Shown here piece by piece: positions 8,613 to 15,820 of a DNA stretch of 20,000 bases (positions are counted from its first letter, which is position 1; each line of letters starts with the position of its first letter). Both the position numbers and the translations under genes were made by a program. The stretch lies in the IMG/VR virus record IMGVR_UViG_3300046009_005595, positions 115,689 through 135,688 of that record; one strand, given 5' to 3'. The notes under the pieces are model-generated. The model was not told where the DNA came from, ran no database searches, and worked only from the letters and a program-made list of their open reading frames with translations. This DNA comes from an uncultured virus (IMG/VR IMGVR_UViG_3300046009_005595). Its lineage: Duplodnaviria; Heunggongvirae; Uroviricota; Caudoviricetes.

Positions 8613-9485
8613 ATGTCTTTTAAAGATATTCTTTTAGAGAAAAATAAGAAAAAAGAAAATGAAACTTCTATAAAAGAAGATTCTTCATATCATCTTCATA
8701 AGGTTTCAAGACCACATAAAAAACCAACAGAAAAATCTCGTCTTGATGTTGGTCAAAGAAGACCTACACAAATTACAAAAATACCAAAAACAACTTATTC
8801 ACAGATTGCTGCTACTGTTGTTAATCGTGGAGGAAGCGTTATTAGATCACCAGGACAGATTACATTCAGAGGTACTGGTAAGAAAGCCTATAAAGCCACT
8901 AAATACGCTCAGTTAAAACTTGGTAAGAGAAAACTTACTATTAAGGCTCGTAAAGGAGCAGATATTCATGGAAGAAGAGCACAACAACTTAGAAGAATTT
9001 TTAGTTCGTATGATGAATATACTAATGATGTAATGTTAGAAAAACATCTATCAGCAACATTGAAATCATCAGATGCTCATGATATGTTAACTGGTAGTGG
9101 ATTTATTGTAAAAAGTGAAGGTAAGCATAGAAAATATTATCACCCAAAAACAAAACAATCTTTATCTATATCTAGAACAGGTAATTTGTCAACTGGAATA
9201 ACTTCCTTGGTTAGAAAAGCTATTAATAATGCAGAAAATTTTGTAACAGAAGAAGATGATATTAAATTATTATCTCCTGTCTCTGCTAAAACTCAAAAAG
9301 TTATTGATGCTGGGAAAAAAGTTAATAAAGAATTAAATAAAAAAGATGAAAATAAAGATTCTGATGTTACTAAATTTCAACATAGTAAAACTTTAACTGG
9401 AGCTTCTGATAAAGGAAATTCCACAAAAACCGATGTAATTGAAATAAATCCAGAATTAAAAGTTCATGGAAAAAAAAGAGGATAA
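8613..9485 (+). CDS. Putative capsid-internal polyprotein containing a HicA-like domain
   Basis: Start reassigned from TTG 8559 to ATG 8613 (SD and late promoter lie between them). Leader MSFKDILLE, a K/R-rich module, then a HicA-like segment at 9060-9227 (LKSSDAHDMLTGSGF..GKH..Y.HP...LSTG..SLVRK). Confidence 0.55.
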   Translation: MSFKDILLEKNKKKENETSIKEDSSYHLHKVSRPHKKPTEKSRLDVGQRRPTQITKIPKTTYSQIAATVVNRGGSVIRSPGQITFRGTGKKAYKATKYAQLKLGKRKLTIKARKGADIHGRRAQQLRRIFSSYDEYTNDVMLEKHLSATLKSSDAHDMLTGSGFIVKSEGKHRKYYHPKTKQSLSISRTGNLSTGITSLVRKAINNAENFVTEEDDIKLLSPVSAKTQKVIDAGKKVNKELNKKDENKDSDVTKFQHSKTLTGASDKGNSTKTDVIEINPELKVHGKKRG

Positions 9486-9497
9486 AAAAGAAAAGAA

Positions 9498-9980
9498 ATG
9501 AAAACTCCATTTATATATGTAGACATGGATCAAGTCCTTGTTGATTTTTTGAAAGGGTTTGAGACTCTGACAGGAGAATCATTAGAAAATCCATCTGATA
9601 CTAAAAAGAAAGGTAAAGAAATTATTAGTAAAACTCCTGATTATTGGGAGAATCTTCCAAAAATGTCTGATTGTGATCAGCTATGGAATTATATTAAACA
9701 ATATAATCCTAAGATACTAACAGCAAAACCAACTTGGGATGATTCAGCACCAGATGGAAAATGGAAATGGATAGGAAAAAACTGTCCAGTGCCAAAAGTG
9801 GATTTTTATTGTGTTCCAAGGTCAGAAAAGCAAATTTTTGCTAAAGTAAATGGAAGAATTAATATTCTCATTGATGATTATGATAAAAATTGTAAAGAAT
9901 GGGAAGAAAAAGGTGGTATTGCAATATGTCATAAAAATGCAAAAGAAACCATCAGGAAATTAAAATCATTGGGATTGTAA
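9498..9980 (+). CDS. HAD-superfamily 5'(3')-deoxyribonucleotidase-like protein
   Basis: Motif I IYVDMDQVLVDF, WENLP, ILTA, motif IV ILIDD, WEEKGGIAI; typical phage NT5C-like family. Confidence 0.85.
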   Translation: MKTPFIYVDMDQVLVDFLKGFETLTGESLENPSDTKKKGKEIISKTPDYWENLPKMSDCDQLWNYIKQYNPKILTAKPTWDDSAPDGKWKWIGKNCPVPKVDFYCVPRSEKQIFAKVNGRINILIDDYDKNCKEWEEKGGIAICHKNAKETIRKLKSLGL

Positions 9981-9991
9981 TTTCACGTTTT

Positions 9992-10011
9992 TATAAATAG
10001 TATTATAAATA
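9992..10011 (+). promoter_or_regulatory. Tandem T4-type late promoters
   Basis: Two exact TATAAATA copies at 9992-9999 and 10004-10011, upstream of TAGGA SD and ATG 10039. Confidence 0.82.
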
Positions 10012-10038
10012 TCAATAACTTTTTATAGGATACCAATT

Positions 10039-10845
10039 ATGTCAATATGGGGAATTTCAGATAATCAAGCTAGTATACCAAAGTTTCCAAAAGAAAGAAA
10101 TGTTAGAGATGTAAGACAACTCTCTACAACTTCTTCTACTAATTCTGGTAATACTTTATATTTCACAGACACTTCTGCTCTTTCAGTAGGTATGTTCGTG
10201 TCTGGTAATAATATTAACGTTTCAAGCGCAGTTCCAGGATTCTTTGCTGGAAATGTAACAATTGTTCAAATTAACACAAATACAAGCATCTACATTTCAA
10301 ATCCAATTCTTGCAAAAGTTTCAACTGGAGATCTATTTACTTTTGATGCTTCTATTGTATATAACCCTAATAAGTATAATGATGTTAATTATGACAACAA
10401 TACTTATTTAGTTAACAAATCTAGAGCAGCTAATGCTACCTTTGGTAATGGCGATGTTTTTGATAATGCTGTAGCTCATGTTGGTTGGCAGCATGTTACT
10501 CAAGGATTTGGATTTGTTTCAGGAATTTCAGTTTCAAATGTAAGTTCAACATTACGATATGCTAACGGATATGTATCATTTGTAGGCGCAAATACTACCC
10601 CTGCAAATGCTTATGTTTCTGTTATAGGAACAAATAACGTTTCTGTTATTCTAGCTGCAACTGGTAGTGGATATTCTTCTTTACCAACAGCTACTTCTAA
10701 TGCAAATGCTAATAATCAAACATTAATATTTACATTAACTCCTGGTGGTAGAGTTGGAAGAGTACATGCTGAATGTTTAGTCGCTCTTTCTAATTCAAAT
10801 CCAGTAACTGCTAATTCAGCTTCTCCATATTTTCCTGGAGCTTAA
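10039..10845 (+). CDS. Putative virion structural/decoration protein
   Basis: MSIWG..D N-terminus, AHVGW and C-terminal GRVHAECLVAL...YFP motifs recalled from virion proteins of T4-like aquatic phages; N/S/T/V-rich beta composition; monocistronic unit between tandem late promoters and a terminator. Confidence 0.6.
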   Translation: MSIWGISDNQASIPKFPKERNVRDVRQLSTTSSTNSGNTLYFTDTSALSVGMFVSGNNINVSSAVPGFFAGNVTIVQINTNTSIYISNPILAKVSTGDLFTFDASIVYNPNKYNDVNYDNNTYLVNKSRAANATFGNGDVFDNAVAHVGWQHVTQGFGFVSGISVSNVSSTLRYANGYVSFVGANTTPANAYVSVIGTNNVSVILAATGSGYSSLPTATSNANANNQTLIFTLTPGGRVGRVHAECLVALSNSNPVTANSASPYFPGA

Positions 10846-10863
10846 TTAGTTTATTAATTTAAA

Positions 10864-10891
10864 AGGGGGAGGTTATCTCCCCCTATTTTTT
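10864..10891 (+). terminator. Rho-independent terminator
   Basis: Stem AGGGGGAG (10864-10871) / CTCCCCCT (10877-10884) with a short loop, followed by ATTTTTT. Confidence 0.88.
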
Positions 10892-10902
10892 AGGTAAGAT
10901 AT

Positions 10903-11325
10903 ATGAAAACTTTTAAAGAATTTGTTTTAGAAGCTATGGGAACTCATGTTACTGTAGTATCTCTAGATAAAGAACATTCTGATATTTCTAATACAAAAAC
11001 AGTAAATGAAATTAATAAAAATTTGAAACTTGAATTAGCTCAAGAGTTTGAAAGTATAGAAGTTGCTCTACATAAAATTAGAAAAATACTTTCTATGTAT
11101 TCTATAGAATTAGGTGATATTAGTATTCCTGATAATAAATTTCATAGTGGTACTTTAAAAATACCAGTATCTCAAGCTTCTATAACAGGAGCAAAAGTAA
11201 CTCCAGAAGATGACTCTGGTGAAATCACTTCATTAAAAGAACCATTAAGAAAAACTGATTTATCATTAAATATTTCTTATTCTGAAGGAGATTATGGATA
11301 TTCTGTATCAGCTATAGTAAAATAA
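10903..11325 (+). CDS. Hypothetical protein with capsid-targeting-like leader (MKTFKEFVLE)
   Basis: N-terminus resembles T4 internal protein leaders (MKT[FY]xEF..E); TAGGT SD upstream. Confidence 0.6.
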   Translation: MKTFKEFVLEAMGTHVTVVSLDKEHSDISNTKTVNEINKNLKLELAQEFESIEVALHKIRKILSMYSIELGDISIPDNKFHSGTLKIPVSQASITGAKVTPEDDSGEITSLKEPLRKTDLSLNISYSEGDYGYSVSAIVK

Positions 11326-11344
11326 TTTTTTTATTCTTTATATA

Positions 11345-11734
11345 ATGTTTGAAATCAATTTAAATAATTCCAATTTTTTAATATTTGCAGCAAAAAATTA
11401 TACTAGTCCTTATTACATAGAACAAGAATTTTTTGCTGATTTGAAAAAGATTAAATATTTAAAACGATTATTACAGAAATATAATAATAGTGGAATATTA
11501 AAAGAAAGATTAATTCTTAATCATTTAATAACTATATATAATTCTTTTGATCATTATGCTGCAACTAGAATGTTGTTTTTGAAAATTAACAAAAATGAAT
11601 ATAGTCAGTTAAAAACATTTTTAATTTATTTAGATTATATGCCAGATGTTGTACAATTAATAAAAAATAAAGATATATATTCATCGGATATTTCAATAGA
11701 TTTTAACATTGCAAATGTATTAAGGAACATATGA
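11345..11734 (+). CDS. Conserved hypothetical protein of T4-like phages
   Basis: NFLIFAAKNY..P...EFFADLKKIKYLKRLL..Y...G.LKERLILNHLI..YN.F pattern, recalled as a widespread uncharacterised family in cyanophage-like myoviruses. Confidence 0.7.
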   Translation: MFEINLNNSNFLIFAAKNYTSPYYIEQEFFADLKKIKYLKRLLQKYNNSGILKERLILNHLITIYNSFDHYAATRMLFLKINKNEYSQLKTFLIYLDYMPDVVQLIKNKDIYSSDISIDFNIANVLRNI

Positions 11735-11937
11735 AAACTTTTAAAGAAATGATGGAAGAGATGTCAGGATCTGGTGGTATTGGTGGTGGTCCCACTAATG
11801 TTACAGGAGCTAATATTGCTGGAACTACTCCAGATACTGTTGGTGTTAGGCCACAAAACATACCAAAAAGAAAAAAGTTACCTAAATCTCCTGTTATAAT
11901 GAAATTGAAAAGAAATGTTCCTAATGATTTTAAATGA
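11731..11937 (+). CDS. Small Gly-rich/basic protein with capsid-targeting-like leader (MKTFKEMMEE)
   Basis: ATGA overlap with upstream gene, AAGGA SD; leader followed by GSGGIGGGPTNVTG.NIAG and a basic tail. Confidence 0.65.
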   Translation: MKTFKEMMEEMSGSGGIGGGPTNVTGANIAGTTPDTVGVRPQNIPKRKKLPKSPVIMKLKRNVPNDFK

Positions 11938-11946
11938 CATAAATTA

Positions 11947-11954
11947 TATAAATA
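11947..11954 (+). promoter_or_regulatory. T4-type late promoter (TATAAATA)
   Basis: Exact TATAAATA in the 11938-11997 gap, ahead of TAGGT SD and ATG 11998. Confidence 0.8.
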
Positions 11955-11997
11955 ACAAAAGGTAATATTTTATATTACAACTAATATAGGTAAACTA

Positions 11998-12411
11998 ATG
12001 AAAACTTTCTCAGAACTAAAAGAAGCATTAACACAAAACACACAAGCAGATGGAAAAGCTAAAGCATCTGAGTTCTTTTCTCAGGTTAGACAATCAGCTA
12101 CAATGATGCATTATTTCCATCTTACAACTCCTTTATATTCTGCTCATGTAGCATCAAAAGAGTTTTATGACGGACTAATTCCTCTTATTGATCAATTTAT
12201 TGAATCCTTTTCTGGAAGATATGGAAGATTAGAAACTTACGTTCCAGTTAAGATGCAACCAGCAGATGGTCTTTCTATTGCTATCTCTCTATTACAATGG
12301 ATTGATGCTAATAGACAATTCATTACAGATGATTCTGAACTTCAGAATATCGTTGATGAAATTACTGGTTTAATTAATTCAACAATTTATAAGTTAAGAG
12401 ACTTCAAATAA
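11998..12411 (+). CDS. Ferritin/Dps-like four-helix protein (DUF5856-like) with capsid-targeting-like leader
   Basis: HYFHLTT..YSAHVA..EFYD.L..LID.FIE...GRYG and ELQNIVDEI..LI..TIYKL parallel the Dps/ferritin-like helix pattern with His/Asp/Glu ligands; leader MKTFSELKE. Confidence 0.72.
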   Translation: MKTFSELKEALTQNTQADGKAKASEFFSQVRQSATMMHYFHLTTPLYSAHVASKEFYDGLIPLIDQFIESFSGRYGRLETYVPVKMQPADGLSIAISLLQWIDANRQFITDDSELQNIVDEITGLINSTIYKLRDFK

Positions 12412-12474
12412 TATAAATGTATTATTTCTTTATTATGTCAGTAATAAAAATATTAATAAAGAGAATAAAAATAA

Positions 12475-12888
12475 ATGACACAACAAACCACAACTAAAGA
12501 ACAAGCTGAAATGCTTGCTAGAATAATGGTTTTAGAGAAGCAGTTGTTAGATTCTCAAAGGTCTAATGATAGATTGAACACTGAAGTTACTGATTTGTAT
12601 AATAGATTAGAAAAGCTAAAAGATGAAATAAGACATATAAGAGATGTTTCTGTTATAGAACCACAATTAGAAACTTTAGAAAAGGAAATAAGTTCTATAA
12701 AAATGGAATTACCAGAACTATTGCTCATAAAGAAAATGTTTATGAGCTTACTGGCATTTATATTAACAGCATTCTTAGCATTGATATGGAATAATGTAGT
12801 TATAAAAGGACCATCTACAGACAAGGGAGAATTGGATGAGATTGCTAAAAAAGTAGTTGACGAATACAATAAAGGTGGAAAAAAATGA
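12475..12888 (+). CDS. Coiled-coil protein with single C-terminal transmembrane helix (holin/XhlA-like architecture)
   Basis: Heptad-rich N-terminal ~85 aa, hydrophobic MFMSLLAFILTAFLALIW, short charged tail; preceded by near-consensus late promoter TATAAATG (12412-12419). Confidence 0.5.
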   Translation: MTQQTTTKEQAEMLARIMVLEKQLLDSQRSNDRLNTEVTDLYNRLEKLKDEIRHIRDVSVIEPQLETLEKEISSIKMELPELLLIKKMFMSLLAFILTAFLALIWNNVVIKGPSTDKGELDEIAKKVVDEYNKGGKK

Positions 12889-13463
12889 TAGTATCTCCTC
12901 CAGAACAAAATTTTTCTAAGAAAACTTGTTTGGTAAAAACTCAAGTTATATTTTTAATAATTGGAATTTTAATTGGTTTTTTTGGAATTTTGGGATGGAA
13001 TTATATTCTCCCTAAGCATTTAATTTTAGATGCTTCAACATCTTCTAATTATCTTTATCATGATGTTGATTTAGAAATGGTAAGAAATGAAACTAATGAT
13101 AGATTAGTTAAATATATAGAAGGTAAATGGAGATCATCTGCTGGAGATATTTTAATATGGATTAAGAATGCTGATGAACAAGGTGATATCCTAGTAATGG
13201 AATTAAAAACTCCAGAATCAAAAAAAGAAATCCACTTCAAGATAATTGATTTTGTCAAGATAGATGGATTTTTTGGCATAATAAAGTTAAATATTTGTGA
13301 AATAAATTCTAATTGTAGTATTAATGATATTGTTCCTATACAAATCAATAGAGTTTTTAATGTAGATAAAACTATAGTAATATCTTACCCCTCAACATGG
13401 ACAGGATGCATCGAAGAAGATGCTGATGGGATTTGTTCAAGATCATTCAAATTGATGCACTAA
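12885..13463 (+). CDS. Membrane-anchored hypothetical protein with Cys-containing C-terminal domain
   Basis: TM segment VIFLIIGILIGFFGILGW; two Cys pairs (CEINSNC, CIEEDADGIC); ATGA overlap with upstream TM gene. Confidence 0.55.
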   Translation: MIVSPPEQNFSKKTCLVKTQVIFLIIGILIGFFGILGWNYILPKHLILDASTSSNYLYHDVDLEMVRNETNDRLVKYIEGKWRSSAGDILIWIKNADEQGDILVMELKTPESKKEIHFKIIDFVKIDGFFGIIKLNICEINSNCSINDIVPIQINRVFNVDKTIVISYPSTWTGCIEEDADGICSRSFKLMH

Positions 13464-13466
13464 AAT

Positions 13467-13495
13467 TTGACAATTAGTCTCTTTTAGTTTATAAT
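13467..13495 (+). promoter_or_regulatory. Consensus sigma70 (early/middle) promoter
   Basis: TTGACA (13467-13472), 17-nt spacer, TATAAT (13490-13495), 30 nt upstream of the primase ATG. Confidence 0.88.
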
Positions 13496-13525
13496 GTATT
13501 TTTACATTATAATTAGGGAACTTCT

Positions 13526-14551
13526 ATGGCTGTGTGGATTGACAGGAAGTATCTGTTACTTCTTTCTAATAAACTCGTGAACTTCAAACAAAAGAAAGAA
13601 GACCTATTTCAATTTAGGTGTCCTTTCTGCAACGATTCAAAAAAGAATAAAATAAAATCCAGAGGATATATCTATAGAAAGGGAACTGATTTCTTATATA
13701 GATGTCATAATTGTAATGAAGGATATAATATGTATAATTTTATATCCAAGGTAGATAATTCATTATGTAGAGATTATTCTCTCGAAGTTTTCAAAGAAAC
13801 CTCTTCAGGAAATTATAGAAAAGATCCTGTAACTGAATATAGTTTCAAAGCTCCTGTATTTGAAACTACTGTACTAGAAGTAGGTAAAATAAATTTACCT
13901 TCAATATCTAGTCTTCCAGATGATAACATTGCTAAAGAATATGTTCTTAGTAGAAAGATTCCTAAAGGAAGTCATAAGGATTTATTCTATGCGGAAGATT
14001 TTAAGAGTTTTATCTCTGAATTTAAACCAGATTATGATAAAACTTTAATGGATAATGATCCTAGACTTATCATTCCATTTAGAGATAAACATAAAAAAGT
14101 TTTTGCAATTCAAGGTAGATCTCTAAACGGTAGTAGTATTAGATATATAACAATAAAGTTATATGATGAGGAGTTAAAGATATTTGGTGTTGATAAATTA
14201 GATCATACTAAAAAGATATATGTTACTGAAGGTCCAATCGACTCATTATTTCTAAATAATGCTGTAGCTACAGCAGATTCCAACTTAATGATTGCTGAAT
14301 TTCTTGGGAAAGATAAAATAATTCTTGTTTATGATAACGAGCCTAGAAATCCTCAAATTGTAAAACAGATACAAAAATCTATTGACAATGGATTTAAAAT
14401 TTGTTTGTTTCCAGAATCCTTTAAAGCTAAGGATATTAATGATGCTATTTTGAATGGATTCTCAAAACCTGAAATTTATAGAATTATAGATACTCATACA
14501 TACGATGGATTAAGAGCAAAGATGGAATTTAATAAATGGAAAAAGTGTTAA
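13526..14551 (+). CDS. gp61: T4-like DNA primase (gp61)
   Basis: Zn finger CPFC...CHNC with DSKKNKIKSRGY, PRLIIPF, QGRSL, RYITIK, TOPRIM VTEGPIDSLF, YDNEPRN and KDIND; about 340 aa like T4 gp61. Confidence 0.93.
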   Translation: MAVWIDRKYLLLLSNKLVNFKQKKEDLFQFRCPFCNDSKKNKIKSRGYIYRKGTDFLYRCHNCNEGYNMYNFISKVDNSLCRDYSLEVFKETSSGNYRKDPVTEYSFKAPVFETTVLEVGKINLPSISSLPDDNIAKEYVLSRKIPKGSHKDLFYAEDFKSFISEFKPDYDKTLMDNDPRLIIPFRDKHKKVFAIQGRSLNGSSIRYITIKLYDEELKIFGVDKLDHTKKIYVTEGPIDSLFLNNAVATADSNLMIAEFLGKDKIILVYDNEPRNPQIVKQIQKSIDNGFKICLFPESFKAKDINDAILNGFSKPEIYRIIDTHTYDGLRAKMEFNKWKKC

Positions 14552-15003
14552 GTCATTTTGTAAAACAATGGCAAGAAAAAGTATCAAAATCAAGAGTAGA
14601 ATTAGATGGGATGCCTATATGTCCTTTTGCAAAAAGTGCTAAATTAGATAAAAACTTTTTTGTTGATGTTATTGCTATAGATCTTGATAGTCAAATAAAA
14701 GAAATAGTTGAAAAAGACTTTGAGTTATATATTCTAGTAGACTCTATAAAAATATTGACTGATTCTTGTTTAAAGGATATTATAGATCAGTATAACGGTA
14801 AATTTGAGAAATATCTATTTCTTAAAGATCATCCTGACAAAAAAGGATATATTTGTGGGATGTATACAGGAAATGGAGAATATCCTGTTATTCTTATTCA
14901 AAATAGAAAATCGCTAAAGGAAGCTAGGAAGGCTTTGAGTAATACTAAATACTATTCCTATTGGGATGAAGATTATAAAAATGAAATATGGAGTTATGAA
15001 TGA
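14536..15003 (+). CDS. Hypothetical phage protein (PICPFA motif)
   Basis: LDGMPICPFAK, DHP and AR..L....YY..W motifs; overlaps both neighbours. Confidence 0.6.
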   Translation: MEKVLSHFVKQWQEKVSKSRVELDGMPICPFAKSAKLDKNFFVDVIAIDLDSQIKEIVEKDFELYILVDSIKILTDSCLKDIIDQYNGKFEKYLFLKDHPDKKGYICGMYTGNGEYPVILIQNRKSLKEARKALSNTKYYSYWDEDYKNEIWSYE

Positions 15004-15812
15004 TTGAAGTTAAAATTATTTTAGATAGTGTTTCACCTAAAGGTATTAGGCTGACTACATTTGAATTGAAATATCCTAGATTTATCTTAGCAGAATTTAA
15101 TACTCACAGAGTATTTTCTAGAAATTCTGCTTCAAGTAGAGCAATTCCTGTATTGCGCCTTATTAAGGATATCATTTCAGATCCAGTAATTCCTGTTTTT
15201 TGGGGAAAGAATAAATCAGGAATGCAAGCAACAGAAGAAGTTTCTGGTATTAATCTTTTGTTGTGTAAAATTTTATGGAAAGTTGCTTCCATTAGTGCGG
15301 TTTCTTTTGCATATCTTTTGTGTAAGTTAGGATTACATAAACAGATTGCTAATAGAATAATTGAACCTTGGATGTATACTAAGACTATTGTAACATCTAC
15401 TGAATGGGAAAATTTTTTTCAACTTCGTTGTCATAAAGATGCACAACCTGAAATTAAAGTTCTTGCAGATCTAATGCTAGAAATTTATCTTAGAAATATT
15501 CCTGATAAGTTAAAATATGGAGAATGGCACTTACCATATGTAACTGACATAGAATTTATAGATTACCCTTTGGATGATTGTATTAAAATGTCATCTTCTA
15601 GATGTGCTAGGGTGAGTTATCTTACTCATGATGGAAAGGTTCCTAGTAAAGAAAAAGATTTTAAATTATATGAAGATTTAGTTGGGTCTATTCCAATTCA
15701 TGCTAGTCCTACTGAACATCAAGCAACTCCAACAAAAGATACTAAATTTAATAAGAATTTTAGAGGTTGGAAACAACATAGAGCAGATATCGAACATAAA
15801 TTTAACAAGTGA
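15000..15812 (+). CDS. thyX: Flavin-dependent thymidylate synthase (ThyX/Thy1), phage type
   Basis: EFNTHRVFSRNSASSRAIP variant of the ThyX RHRx7S signature, HKQIANR..EP, FFQLR...AQPEI, ARVSY, HASPTEHQA. Confidence 0.85.
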   Translation: MIEVKIILDSVSPKGIRLTTFELKYPRFILAEFNTHRVFSRNSASSRAIPVLRLIKDIISDPVIPVFWGKNKSGMQATEEVSGINLLLCKILWKVASISAVSFAYLLCKLGLHKQIANRIIEPWMYTKTIVTSTEWENFFQLRCHKDAQPEIKVLADLMLEIYLRNIPDKLKYGEWHLPYVTDIEFIDYPLDDCIKMSSSRCARVSYLTHDGKVPSKEKDFKLYEDLVGSIPIHASPTEHQATPTKDTKFNKNFRGWKQHRADIEHKFNK

Positions 15813-15820
15813 GATTATAT

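Noticed and set aside
9498..9527. MKTPF start of the HAD nucleotidase as another capsid-targeting leader
   Set aside because: Lacks the F.E..E pattern and runs directly into catalytic motif I, leaving nothing to cleave.
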